NCBI GenBank assembly: GCA_902555985.1
Contig: CACDUI010000001.1
Coordinates: forward strand, 145,943 to 209,942
Length of the DNA stretch: 64,000 nt
DNA from: an uncultured Candidatus Actinomarina sp.
GTDB taxonomy: Bacteria; Actinomycetota; Acidimicrobiia; Actinomarinales; Actinomarinaceae
Direction of reading: 5' to 3'
Position numbers and translations under genes: made by a program. The notes below the pieces were generated by a model. That model ran no database searches and was not told the origin of the DNA. It was given only the letters and a program-made list of their open reading frames with translations. Below are positions 1-9,799 of this stretch, piece by piece; position 1 is the stretch's first letter; each line of letters starts with the position of its first letter.

Positions 1-1050
1 TTTGAAGATATAGAAAAACTAGCAAGTGAGCTACCAAAAGTTCTCGCTAATGAACAAATTGTTCAAAGAGTTGCTCAATTAGAGTCAGATAAAGATATTA
101 GCCAATTAAATTTAAGTGAGCTTGAAAGGGCTATGCTTTTGTATTCCTATATTGCCCATGCATACATGTGGGGGAAGAAAGAGGTTGAAAACATAATCCC
201 ACGTCAACTTTCTTTAACTTGGTTTGCCATCTCTGAAAAACTAGAAAGACCTCCAATATTGTCTTATGCATCATACGCTTTAAACAATTGGAAAGTACTT
301 GATGAAACAAAACCGTTTGATCTAGAAAACATAGTGATTATGCAAAATTTTTTAGGTGGGGTTGATGAAGACTGGTTTATCATGATTCACGTAGCAATTG
401 AGTATGAAGCAAAAGAAATACTTTCAAATTTGAAATCATATTTTCTTGAAGAAAAGCTAGACCAATCCTATTTACATAAGTCATTAGAAAGCATCCAAAA
501 AATTAATTCAATTATGAATAGAATGCCTGAAAAATGTGATCCTTTCATTTATTACAATCGAGTAAGACCATATATTTTTGGTTGGAAGAATAATCCTGTT
601 ACCCCTGAAGGTGTAATTTATGAGGGTGTTGAAGAATTTGCTGAAGAGCCACAACTTTTCCGAGGTGAAACTGGTGCTCAAAGTTCAATAGTACCTGCAT
701 TGGATGCACTTCTTGGGGTTACTCATTCAAACGATCCTTTAAGAGAGTACTTAGATGAGATGAGACTTTACATGCCTAAAGAGCACAGGGAGCTATTAAA
801 TGAGTTGGATAAATGGTCAGAAAAGAATAGAAGCAAATTAGAGATTGATGAAGAATCCGTAAAAATAATAAATGATTTGATAAAGGAAGTACATATCTTC
901 AGAAATAAGCACCTAGAGTATGCAAGAGTTTATATTTACGAGCAGTCTTTAACAAATAATTCAAACTCAAACATTGTTGGCACAGGGGGAACCCCGTTTA
1001 TGAAATATTTAGATAAGCATTTACAGGAGACAGTCCCATCAAATGATTAA
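1..1050 (+). CDS. Indoleamine 2,3-dioxygenase (IDO) family haem dioxygenase, 5'-partial. The reading frame is open from base 1, so the start lies off-window.
   Basis: Frame 1 has no stop from nt 1 to 1050. The translation aligns with my memory of human IDO1. The N-terminal stretch LPKVLANEQIVQRVAQLE...LERAMLLYSYIAHAYMWGKK resembles IDO1 LPDLIESGQLRERVEKL...LVLGCITMAYVWGKG. The segment GWKNNPVTPEGVIYEGV...FRGETGAQSSIVPALDALLGV matches the IDO signature GWKGNP...GGSAGQSS...FDVLLGI. Confidence 0.75.
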   Translation, partial: FEDIEKLASELPKVLANEQIVQRVAQLESDKDISQLNLSELERAMLLYSYIAHAYMWGKKEVENIIPRQLSLTWFAISEKLERPPILSYASYALNNWKVLDETKPFDLENIVIMQNFLGGVDEDWFIMIHVAIEYEAKEILSNLKSYFLEEKLDQSYLHKSLESIQKINSIMNRMPEKCDPFIYYNRVRPYIFGWKNNPVTPEGVIYEGVEEFAEEPQLFRGETGAQSSIVPALDALLGVTHSNDPLREYLDEMRLYMPKEHRELLNELDKWSEKNRSKLEIDEESVKIINDLIKEVHIFRNKHLEYARVYIYEQSLTNNSNSNIVGTGGTPFMKYLDKHLQETVPSND

Positions 1051-2146
1051 AAAGCTTGGAATTCCAAAAGAGGTAAAGAAAGATGAAGGGAGAGTTTCAT
1101 TAATCCCGCAACATATAACTCAATTCACTGGCTTAGCTGATATTTTTGTAGAAACTGAAGCTGGGTTAGGCTCTGGTTTTGCAGATAAAGATTACGAAGC
1201 TGCCGGAGCTAAAATAGTATCAACCGCTCAAGAACTTTACGAAGCTTCTGAGATCATATGCAAGGTGAAAGAACCCCAAACTGAAGAGTTCGAAATGTTA
1301 AATTCTACACATGTCATATTTGGATATCTTCATTTAGCGTCAAACCTTTCATTGACAAAGACACTATTAGACAAAAAATTAACTGGCATTGCTACTGAAA
1401 TGATAATGGATGGTAAAGAGTATCCTTTATTGATTCCAATGTCAAAGATTGCTGGTAATTTAGCAGTTCAAAAAGGTATGCAATTTTTAGAGTACTCATC
1501 TCAGGGTAAAGGGATCCTTTTAGCTTCCATTTCAGGAGAAAAAAATTCAAAAGTAACAGTTGTTGGATGTGGTGAGGTAGGTAGAAGTTCAATACATAAA
1601 TCTATACAAATTGGAGCTTCAGTAACTGCCATTGATCTAAATGAAGATATTTTGGAGGATTTAAAGAATAAATATGGAGAAAATATTACAACATTATTGA
1701 GCGGAACTGATGAAGCAAAAAGCGCAATCAGATCTGCTGATTTAGTCATAGGAGCAGTATTGCTTCCAGGACGAAAACCACCAATTGTTATTACTGAAGA
1801 AGATATTAATCATATGGAAAAAGGTACAGTTGTTGTCGATGTTGCAATTGACCAAGGTGGTTGTGTTGAAGGGGTCAATTCAAATACTCATAGTGAGCCT
1901 TTTGAAATTAGAGATGGCGTCATAATATCTGCAATTGCAAATTTGCCTGGTGCAGTTCCTCGAACATCTTCTGTGGAATTGTCAAAAAATTTACAAAAAT
2001 ATGTTGATAATCTTTTAGTTGAAAACTGGTTTGAAGAATACAAAAATGACAAAAACTTAAGTCCGTCTCTCCAAATACATAATGGTCTTTTGCTTTCAGA
2101 AGAGGTCGCAGATAGCTTAAGTTTAACCCTATCTAAGCTAATTTAG
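1043..2146 (+). CDS. ald: Alanine dehydrogenase / PNT family NAD(H)-dependent dehydrogenase; most similar to L-alanine dehydrogenase.
   Basis: Motifs KVKEP, HLASN and GAVLLPG, plus VDVAIDQGGCVEG and a Rossmann GCGEVG. Its start overlaps the IDO stop by 8 nt. Confidence 0.65.
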   Translation: MIKKLGIPKEVKKDEGRVSLIPQHITQFTGLADIFVETEAGLGSGFADKDYEAAGAKIVSTAQELYEASEIICKVKEPQTEEFEMLNSTHVIFGYLHLASNLSLTKTLLDKKLTGIATEMIMDGKEYPLLIPMSKIAGNLAVQKGMQFLEYSSQGKGILLASISGEKNSKVTVVGCGEVGRSSIHKSIQIGASVTAIDLNEDILEDLKNKYGENITTLLSGTDEAKSAIRSADLVIGAVLLPGRKPPIVITEEDINHMEKGTVVVDVAIDQGGCVEGVNSNTHSEPFEIRDGVIISAIANLPGAVPRTSSVELSKNLQKYVDNLLVENWFEEYKNDKNLSPSLQIHNGLLLSEEVADSLSLTLSKLI

Positions 2147-2720
2147 GTTTCCAGCTTTTTCTGGCGTTACTATAGTTTTCAATTTGATCAATATAACCAA
2201 GTGTTATATCAATTTTATCTATACCCTCAAGAATCCTTTTTTGTGAAAAATCATCCAAGTCAAATAAGAAATTTATATCTTCACACTCAACAGATTTAGT
2301 TTTTATATGTATTTCTATTTTTGTGTTTGGATTATTTTTAATTTTACTAAAAAGCGCATCGACGTTTTCTTGGCTAGCTTCAATAGGAAGTAGCCCTATA
2401 TTTATGGAATTTAATCTAAATATGTCTGCAAATTTAGTTGAAATGATTGCATCAAAACCCCAGTCTTGAAGACCCCATGGGGCATGTTCTCTAGAGGACC
2501 CAGTTCCAAAATTGTCACCTGCTACTAAAACTTTCGAATCTTTGTATAAATCATTATTAAGAGGGAATTTAGGATCTTTTTTCCAATCATAAAATAAATA
2601 TTCACCATAACCTGAACGTTCTACACGTTTTAAAAATTGTTTAGGCATTATCTGATCTGTGTCAACATTAGACATGTTTAGGGGAAGCATAGTTGTGTTT
2701 ATAATGTTTAATTTTTTCAT
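2133..2720 (-). CDS. leuD: 3-isopropylmalate dehydratase small subunit
   Basis: 195 aa LeuD-type aconitase swivel domain (MLPLNMSNVDTDQIMPKQFL). It lies immediately downstream of leuC on the minus strand. Confidence 0.88.
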   Translation of the reverse strand: MKKLNIINTTMLPLNMSNVDTDQIMPKQFLKRVERSGYGEYLFYDWKKDPKFPLNNDLYKDSKVLVAGDNFGTGSSREHAPWGLQDWGFDAIISTKFADIFRLNSINIGLLPIEASQENVDALFSKIKNNPNTKIEIHIKTKSVECEDINFLFDLDDFSQKRILEGIDKIDITLGYIDQIENYSNARKSWKPKLA

Positions 2721-2721
2721 T

Positions 2722-4119
2722 TTATAATTCTCTAATATCTACAAATTGTCCATACAATGCAGCAGCAGCAGCCATTTTAGGGCTTACAAGGTGAGTTCGA
2801 CCTCCAGCACCTTGTCTTCCTTCATAATTTCTATTAGATGTTGATGCACACCTTTCTCCAGGACTTAAAATATCTGGATTCATTCCTAAACACATTGAGC
2901 AACCAGCTTCTCTCCAGTCAAAACCTGCATCAATAAAAATCTTATCCAGGCCTTCTTCTTCTGCTTGTTTTTTGACTTGAGTTGATCCAGGAACAATCAT
3001 TGCGCCAATTTTTTCTGCAACTTTTTTCCCTTTTACTACTTCCGCGGCTTCTCTCAAGTCTTCAATACGTCCATTAGTACAGCTGCCTATAAAAACTCTA
3101 TCTAGGGATATTTCACTAATTTTTTCTCCTGGCTGTAAGTCCATATACTCTAGCGCCCTAGAAGCAGCTTCTTTTTCAGACTCTTCTTCATAATCTTCGG
3201 GATGAGGAATAGTATCATTTATAAATATTACTTGTGAAGGATTTGTTCCCCAAGATATTGAAGGCTCAAGTTCACTAGCATTTATGGTCACTACTTTGTC
3301 AAAAGTAGCATCTTCATCAGAATATAAATCATTCCATTCTGCAATAGCATCATTCCAGTCACCATCTTTGGGAGCATAATTTTTACCTTTTAAATAATTA
3401 AAAGTAACTTGATCAGGTGCAATCATTCCAGCTCTTGCTCCACCTTCGATAGACATATTACAAATTGTCATTCTATTTTCCATACTCATATTTTTTATAA
3501 CATCACCAACATACTCGATTACATGGCCAGCACCTCCACCAGTTCCAATTTTTCTAATAATTCCTAAAATTATATCTTTTGGCCCGACACCTTCCGAAAC
3601 ATCTCCAACTACTTCAACCTTCATAGTTCTTGGTTTTTCCATTGCTAAAGTTTGGGTTGCTAGGACATGCTCTACTTCTGATGTTCCAATGCCAAATGCT
3701 AATGCTCCAAACGCACCATGGGTCGCTGTATGACTATCACCACACACAATTGTCATTCCTGGTTGAGTTATACCTTGCTCTGGCCCAATTACATGTACAA
3801 TTCCCTGACGTGGATCATTAATTCCAAACAAAGTTACTCCAAATTCATCGCAATTATTTTCTAATGCTTCAATTTGAATTTTTGAAAGAGGATCTTTAAT
3901 TCCCAACATTCTATTAGAAGTTGGTACACCGTGATCTACTGTTGCAAGAGTCAATTCAGGATGTTTGACCTTTCTTTTAGCCATTCTTAAACTATCAAAC
4001 GCTTGAGGTGAAGTAACTTCGTGAACAAGATGCAGATCAATAAAAATTAAATTTGTGCTCTCGTCTATAGACGTAACGAGATGCTTGTCCCAAATTTTAT
4101 CAAATAATGTTTTTCCCAT
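2722..4119 (-). CDS. leuC: 3-isopropylmalate dehydratase large subunit
   Basis: 465 aa aconitase-family protein with [10 protein letters not shown]...[12 protein letters not shown], a GSCTNGR cluster-ligand region and a [15 protein letters not shown]-terminus. Confidence 0.92.
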   Translation of the reverse strand: MGKTLFDKIWDKHLVTSIDESTNLIFIDLHLVHEVTSPQAFDSLRMAKRKVKHPELTLATVDHGVPTSNRMLGIKDPLSKIQIEALENNCDEFGVTLFGINDPRQGIVHVIGPEQGITQPGMTIVCGDSHTATHGAFGALAFGIGTSEVEHVLATQTLAMEKPRTMKVEVVGDVSEGVGPKDIILGIIRKIGTGGGAGHVIEYVGDVIKNMSMENRMTICNMSIEGGARAGMIAPDQVTFNYLKGKNYAPKDGDWNDAIAEWNDLYSDEDATFDKVVTINASELEPSISWGTNPSQVIFINDTIPHPEDYEEESEKEAASRALEYMDLQPGEKISEISLDRVFIGSCTNGRIEDLREAAEVVKGKKVAEKIGAMIVPGSTQVKKQAEEEGLDKIFIDAGFDWREAGCSMCLGMNPDILSPGERCASTSNRNYEGRQGAGGRTHLVSPKMAAAAALYGQFVDIREL

Positions 4120-4228
4120 TTAGATATAAATTATATATTTTTTTCTTTAAATAATCTATAGAGATATTCTTTGTTCGCATTCTTTAATTTCTTATCATTT
4201 AATCTCTACTCATTTAAAATAAAACATC

Positions 4229-5455
4229 ATGGAAACAATTATTGAAAAATTCTTGGAAATAGCAATAATTTTAATTGCTGCTAAATTCGGGGCCGAAATT
4301 ATGAGAAGGGTAAACCAACCTGCGGTAATAGGTGAGTTGGTTATCGGAATTATTATTGGGTATTACGGACTTGGCTTACTGCCTCATTTTAAATCAGGCG
4401 ATGTTGTTTCAACCTTAGCTGAAATAGGAGTCATTCTTTTATTGTTTGAAGTTGGTTTAGAGACTAATTTAGATGAATTTATTGAGCTCGGATCTACCGC
4501 ATTACTTGTCGCCATAATAGGTGTTGTTGCACCATTTGCACTTGGCTTTGGTTCAATTTTTGCACTTGGTTTAGGAGGAGAAAACCAATTTGAAATTGCT
4601 TTATTTGTAGGGGCTGCAATGACTGCAACTTCAGTGGGAATAACGGCAAGAGTATTTGGTGACTTAGGTGCCCTTAAGTCAAAAGAGGCAAAAACTATAA
4701 TTGGCGCAGCTGTTGTTGATGATATTTTAGGGCTTCTAATTTTAACTGTTGTCGCAGGAGTTTTAGGTAGCTCAGGTGATTTTTCAATAGTAGATCTCGG
4801 TGTAATTAGTGCTAAGGCAATAGGATTTTTAATAGCGGTAGTAATTATTGGTAGAAAGCTTTCTAAACCGATTTTTAACTTTTTTGTAAAAATACCGTCA
4901 CCCGGTACATTTGTAACAGGTAGCTTTATATTTGCTATGTTGCTAGGTGCAGCAGCCCATTTTGTTGGCTTGCACCCAATTGTAGGAGCATTTGCAGGTG
5001 GAGTGGTTGCTGGAGAATCTGGAATGACACATAGAATTAGAGAAGAGATGAAGCCTTTGAATTTCTTACTTGTTCCAATCTTTTTTGTTTATATCGGTTC
5101 TGAAGTAAATATACAAACGCTTGCTTCATTAGATGTATTTCTATATGGAATGTTGGTAAGCCTCTTGGCTTTTGTAGGTAAATATGTTTCTGCGTTAGGC
5201 GCTATGGGCAAAGGCCTGAATACTTCACTCATTGGAATAGGTATGTCACCAAGAGGAGAAGTTGGCTTGATTTTCGTTGCTGTTGCAACAACTACCCTTT
5301 CAGATGTAATTACTGCAGATATTATCTCAATAATTATATGGATGGTAATAGTTACAACAGTAATCGCTCCTATATTGTTGAATAGAATCTTGCAAAAAGT
5401 ACCATTATCAGAAAGAGATGATGATGAAAGGTTCGAAACACCTGTCGTTGAGTAG
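4229..5455 (+). CDS. Monovalent cation:proton antiporter (CPA1/CPA2, Na+/H+ exchanger family). Membrane domain only, with no KTN domain.
   Basis: 408 aa polytopic membrane protein with a KefB/NapA-like N-terminus (VIGELVIGIIIG) and Gly-rich TM helices. Confidence 0.72.
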   Translation: METIIEKFLEIAIILIAAKFGAEIMRRVNQPAVIGELVIGIIIGYYGLGLLPHFKSGDVVSTLAEIGVILLLFEVGLETNLDEFIELGSTALLVAIIGVVAPFALGFGSIFALGLGGENQFEIALFVGAAMTATSVGITARVFGDLGALKSKEAKTIIGAAVVDDILGLLILTVVAGVLGSSGDFSIVDLGVISAKAIGFLIAVVIIGRKLSKPIFNFFVKIPSPGTFVTGSFIFAMLLGAAAHFVGLHPIVGAFAGGVVAGESGMTHRIREEMKPLNFLLVPIFFVYIGSEVNIQTLASLDVFLYGMLVSLLAFVGKYVSALGAMGKGLNTSLIGIGMSPRGEVGLIFVAVATTTLSDVITADIISIIIWMVIVTTVIAPILLNRILQKVPLSERDDDERFETPVVE

Positions 5456-5518
5456 TAAAAACACTCCAATAAATTAGATTTTTAGTATCATATTATGAGT
5501 CATAATAAGGGGAAATAA

Positions 5519-7552
5519 ATGCTAGTTAATTCTATGATTGCTGCCGCTGCGGGCCTTGTACTTGCAGCTTTTTACGCGAATAAAGTTTTATCAATAAAAG
5601 TTACTGACTTACGAGTAGAAGAGCTTTCTACCGCTATCAGGCAAGGTTCGATGGCTTTTTTAAAAAGAATGTATTCGTGGATTAGTGTCTTTGTCGTAAT
5701 TTTGGCTATATTGATTTCTACACTTACTGAGTGGGGCTATCCGTGGGGTTCTGTAGCATTCGTTGCAGGCGCATTACTTTCCTCACTAGCAGGATTCGTT
5801 GGTATGAGAATTGCAACTGCAGCAAATGGGAGAACAACAGAAGCTGCCAGAGATGGGGGTACCCTTAAAGCATTACCCGTAGCATTTAGAGGTGGAGCAG
5901 TTATGGGCTTCACAGTTGCAGGCTTAGGGTTACTCGGAGTAGCTTTAGGATATTTATTATTTATTGAAGTACTAGACCTTCCTAACGGGTATGACGTACT
6001 AGCAGCAATAGGTCTTGGAGGCTCATCAATAGCTCTTTTTGCAAGGGTTGGCGGTGGAATTTATACTAAAGCAGCAGACGTTGGGGCAGACTTGGTAGGT
6101 AAGGTTGAAGCAGGAATTCCTGAGGACGATCCAAGAAACCCTGCCACTATAGCTGACAATGTTGGAGACAATGTTGGTGATGTTGCAGGAATGGGTGCAG
6201 ATCTCTTTGAAAGTTATGTTGGCTCACTTGTTGCTCCACTTGCCTATGCTGCAATTGTTTTTGCTGGGCAAAGCGTGCTTCCTTCTTTATTACTTTTCCC
6301 ACTAGCTGTGGGCACAATAGGTATGGGAGCATCAATTCTCTCCTCATTTTTAGTTGTTCCTAAAGAAGGAAAGCTTGCACAGGCTCTTCATAGGGGTACA
6401 TATAGTGCGGCACTATTAACTGTTATTGGTGTTTATTTTTTAAGTGATTTTATGTTCGCTGATTATGCAGAAAATCCTATAGGATTATTTTTCTCAGTTA
6501 TTATCGGGCTTGGTGTCGGACTATTGGTAGGTCAAATTTCAGAGTGGTTTACGTCTGATCATTACTCAATTGTTAAAAATATTGCAGATCAAGCAAAAAC
6601 TGGTCCAGCAACGCTTGTGTTATCAGGTATATCTGAGGGTATGCGATCAGCAGCTTTCTCAGTAGTCGTAGTTGTTTTTGGAATTTACGGTGCTTATACG
6701 GCAGGAGACTGGGCATTAGGTGCTGATGGTGGAATTTATGGAATTGCTATTGCAGCAATTGGAGTTTTGTCAACATTAGGCATAACTGTAGCTGTAGATG
6801 CTTATGGTCCAATTGCTGATAATGCTGGTGGAATTGCTGAAATGGCACATCTACCTCCAGAAGTTAGAGAAGCGACTGATGAATTAGACTCTCTAGGAAA
6901 TACAACAGCTGCAATCGCAAAAGGGTTTGCAATTGGTTCTGCAGCAGTTACCGCTTTAGCTTTATTCTCAGCTTTTGTGCAAAGTGCAGGTATCGAAAAA
7001 TTAGATATTACAGAGGTGGAAGTAACTTTAGGTTTATTTTTGGGAGGTATGTTCCCATTTTTGTTTGCAGCTATGACTATTAACGCAGTAGGAAGAGCAG
7101 CATTTAAAATGATTGAAGAAGTTAGACGACAGTTTAATGAAATTCCAGGTTTGAGAGAAGGGAAAGAAGGAGTTGTCCCTGACTACACAAAATGTGTAGA
7201 CATAGCCACAACAGCAGCATTAAAAGAAATGTTACTTCCAGGTGGCTTAGCTATTGCCCTTCCGTTAATAATTGGTTTTTGGGATAAGGAGGCACTCGGA
7301 GGTTTCCTTGCTGGGTCGTTGGTTACTGGGTTTCTCTTGGCAATATTTATGGCAAACTCTGGTGGGGCTTGGGATAACGCAAAAAAATATATTGAAGCTG
7401 GAGGTGGAGCAGGAAAGGGTTCTGACGAACATAAAGCTGCTGTGATTGGTGATACAATTGGAGATCCTTTTAAAGATACATCTGGTCCTGCAATGAATAT
7501 TGTTATTAAAGTTATGACAATCGTCAGCCTTATATTTGCTTCTGCATTTTAA
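5519..7552 (+). CDS. hppA: Membrane-bound pyrophosphate-energised H+/Na+ pump (M-PPase)
   Basis: 677 aa. Motifs GDNVGDVAGMGADLFESY, DNAGGIAEM and GDTIGDPFKDTSGPAMN. The GNTTAA motif (Ala rather than Lys) indicates the K+-dependent subfamily. Confidence 0.92.
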   Translation: MLVNSMIAAAAGLVLAAFYANKVLSIKVTDLRVEELSTAIRQGSMAFLKRMYSWISVFVVILAILISTLTEWGYPWGSVAFVAGALLSSLAGFVGMRIATAANGRTTEAARDGGTLKALPVAFRGGAVMGFTVAGLGLLGVALGYLLFIEVLDLPNGYDVLAAIGLGGSSIALFARVGGGIYTKAADVGADLVGKVEAGIPEDDPRNPATIADNVGDNVGDVAGMGADLFESYVGSLVAPLAYAAIVFAGQSVLPSLLLFPLAVGTIGMGASILSSFLVVPKEGKLAQALHRGTYSAALLTVIGVYFLSDFMFADYAENPIGLFFSVIIGLGVGLLVGQISEWFTSDHYSIVKNIADQAKTGPATLVLSGISEGMRSAAFSVVVVVFGIYGAYTAGDWALGADGGIYGIAIAAIGVLSTLGITVAVDAYGPIADNAGGIAEMAHLPPEVREATDELDSLGNTTAAIAKGFAIGSAAVTALALFSAFVQSAGIEKLDITEVEVTLGLFLGGMFPFLFAAMTINAVGRAAFKMIEEVRRQFNEIPGLREGKEGVVPDYTKCVDIATTAALKEMLLPGGLAIALPLIIGFWDKEALGGFLAGSLVTGFLLAIFMANSGGAWDNAKKYIEAGGGAGKGSDEHKAAVIGDTIGDPFKDTSGPAMNIVIKVMTIVSLIFASAF

Positions 7553-7557
7553 ATTAA

Positions 7558-8784
7558 TTGAAAACAGTTCACTTAGTAAGACACGGTGAAACTGAGCAAA
7601 ATGCGCTAAAAGTATGGCAAGGACATACCAACACACCATTGAATAGCAATGGATTGCAACAAGCTAAACTGCTATCGATTCGACTAAAAGACCGTAATTT
7701 AAAAATATTCTCTTCAGACTTAAGCAGAGCTTTAGAAACAGCATCTTTCTTATCCAAAAACATCATCCAAAGAGAAAGCTTAAGAGAGATTAATGTCGGA
7801 GACTTTACAGGGAGGTCTGTAAAAGATACATATACTTCAAATAATGATATTTTTCAGTCACTTAAAGAAGATAATTTTGAATTTCCTAATGGAGAAAAGG
7901 TAAAGGAATTTAAAAAAAGAGTTAAGAACGAAATTGAATATATTTTCGACAATACTGAAGAAGATTCTGAGAGTATTGTTTTTACTCATGGATTTTTCAT
8001 AGGGACCGTTATTGGATTGACATTAGGTTTTAATAACTATCCATTTCCTATTGGTAATATTGAAAATACATCAATTTCAACAATTGTTAAAAGAGAAACA
8101 GTTACTCAAGTAAATAAATTCAATGATTCAATACATTTAACAATGGAAAATATTGACTATCCTGCAAAGATCAAAAATACTGCACTGATTTTTATTAGGC
8201 ACGGACAAACTGATTCAAATCTTGGAGGCATTTGGCAAGGACATATAGACAATCCCCTAAATGAAACTGGTGTAACTGAAGCAAGGTTACTTAACAATCT
8301 TTTTAGAGATTATGATTTAAATATTTCATCACCATATAAAAGGGCCCACCAGACTCTTTCGTTGATCGTAAACGATGATATTCAAACTTCGAATGAATTA
8401 ACTGAAATGAACTTAGGCAAGTGGGAAGGCCTAACTACAACAGAAATACTGGAGAAATATCAAGAACAATTTATTGAAGCTTTATTTCTGAATCATAAGT
8501 CAAAATATGGTATCGATGGAGAGTCTATACATGAAGCAGGTTCAAGAGTTGAAAAACTCATTAATAAATTAGAAAATAATAAAATTTTAATGGCAAGTCA
8601 TGGTGGAACTATTAAATCTGCTGTCACCAAGCTAATACAATCTCCAGAATCAAATGCAGCAGCTGCATTTACAATTCCAAATAATTTAGGGGTATCTTGC
8701 TTAGTTCCTAAAGATAACAAATATTTTCTTTGGTCTTATAATGTAGGAAAAATAGGATATGAAAACATTAGTTATAACAAATGA
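7558..8784 (+). CDS. Histidine phosphatase (phosphoglycerate-mutase-like) family protein with two tandem catalytic domains. TTG start.
   Basis: Two RHG cores are present. Domain 1 has VHLVRHGETEQN...FTHGFF and domain 2 has LIFIRHGQTDSN...MASHGGT. The gene starts 5 nt after the hppA stop. Confidence 0.68.
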   Translation: MKTVHLVRHGETEQNALKVWQGHTNTPLNSNGLQQAKLLSIRLKDRNLKIFSSDLSRALETASFLSKNIIQRESLREINVGDFTGRSVKDTYTSNNDIFQSLKEDNFEFPNGEKVKEFKKRVKNEIEYIFDNTEEDSESIVFTHGFFIGTVIGLTLGFNNYPFPIGNIENTSISTIVKRETVTQVNKFNDSIHLTMENIDYPAKIKNTALIFIRHGQTDSNLGGIWQGHIDNPLNETGVTEARLLNNLFRDYDLNISSPYKRAHQTLSLIVNDDIQTSNELTEMNLGKWEGLTTTEILEKYQEQFIEALFLNHKSKYGIDGESIHEAGSRVEKLINKLENNKILMASHGGTIKSAVTKLIQSPESNAAAAFTIPNNLGVSCLVPKDNKYFLWSYNVGKIGYENISYNK

Positions 8785-9799
8785 TTACTCACCAAAGAAA
8801 GGTGGTATATCAACATATGTTCAGTCTTTCTTTGAAAATTTAAATTTTGAAACTTATATTTATGCACCTAATTGGGCTGAGGGTGAAAATGTAATAAACT
8901 CTAAATATAATTTCATCTTTTCAGGAAAAAGATTTTTCCATGAAATCAATGATATTGTTAATAAAAAAGATATTGAGATTATTATCCACGCTTCTAGCAA
9001 TCCCCAGTTTCTTCTAGTTAATCAGTTAGAAAAATTAGGTTGTAAACAGTATATGATCATCCATGGTGCAGAATTTAATATTATTAATTCAATTCCACTC
9101 ATTAAAAACGTAATGAGAAGAAGTTTTAATTCATTAGAAAAGATTTTTACTGTGAGTTTCTTTACAGCTAGAAAATTAGAAAATATTACTGAAACAGAAG
9201 TTGTTCTAATTGGAGCTGGAGTTGAACCCAACGAGTTTAGTAAAGAATATAAAAAAAATGACAAACTAACAATTGGTGTCAGTAGTAGATTTGTTTCCAG
9301 AAAAAAAATTGATTGGGTTATCGATGCTCTCCATGAGTTAAAAATGGATGGAATGAATGTAGATTTGAAAATATTTGGTTTTGGGAAATTGGAAAAATAT
9401 TTAAGAAAGCTAGGAGATGTATCCTCACAAAACATTGATTTTTATCATGATGAAAATGAAGAATCTTTGACAAACTTTTACAAAGAAATAGATTTATTTG
9501 CAATGCCAGCTAAGTCTCGATTTTTTGGAAAAGAATTCGAAGGACTTGGGCTTGTGTATTTAGAAGCTGGTAGTTTCGGTCTACCAATTTTAGTTGGTAG
9601 TTCTGGGGGTGCATTTGAGACAATTATTCCAGGAAAAACAGGTTTTATTGTTGGATCAAGGCGGGACATCTATGATGGAGTTAAATTTTTTTATGACAAC
9701 CCAGAAGAAGTTGAAAGTTTTGGTAAGCGTTCTAAAGATTTTGTAACAAGTAATTTTTCATGGGAAAAAACTATTAATAAATTTATCTCAGCAATTTAA
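8759..9799 (+). CDS. GT4-family glycosyltransferase, PimB/MgtA-like mannosyltransferase
   Basis: The N-terminal LVITNDYSPKKGGISTY resembles mycobacterial PimB-type VTNDFPPRRGGIQSY. The C-terminal EGLGLVYLEAGSFGLPILVGSSGGAFETI is a GT4 EX7E-like nucleotide-sugar binding region. Confidence 0.72.
   Translation: MKTLVITNDYSPKKGGISTYVQSFFENLNFETYIYAPNWAEGENVINSKYNFIFSGKRFFHEINDIVNKKDIEIIIHASSNPQFLLVNQLEKLGCKQYMIIHGAEFNIINSIPLIKNVMRRSFNSLEKIFTVSFFTARKLENITETEVVLIGAGVEPNEFSKEYKKNDKLTIGVSSRFVSRKKIDWVIDALHELKMDGMNVDLKIFGFGKLEKYLRKLGDVSSQNIDFYHDENEESLTNFYKEIDLFAMPAKSRFFGKEFEGLGLVYLEAGSFGLPILVGSSGGAFETIIPGKTGFIVGSRRDIYDGVKFFYDNPEEVESFGKRSKDFVTSNFSWEKTINKFISAI

Noticed and set aside
1392-1749. Antisense ORFs of 66-137 aa from the six-frame track that lie inside larger CDSs on the opposite strand. 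Examples: 1392-1592, 1501-1749, 3630-3821, 5089-5469, 6147-6347, 7265-7639, 9022-9435, 11298-11884, 26736-27102 and 48676-49269.
   Set aside because: Each is fully embedded in a confidently identified gene with clear motifs, such as LeuC, HppA, TopA or FtsH. The embedded ORFs are low-complexity, have no recognisable domains, and their reading frames are explained by the codon bias of the opposite strand.
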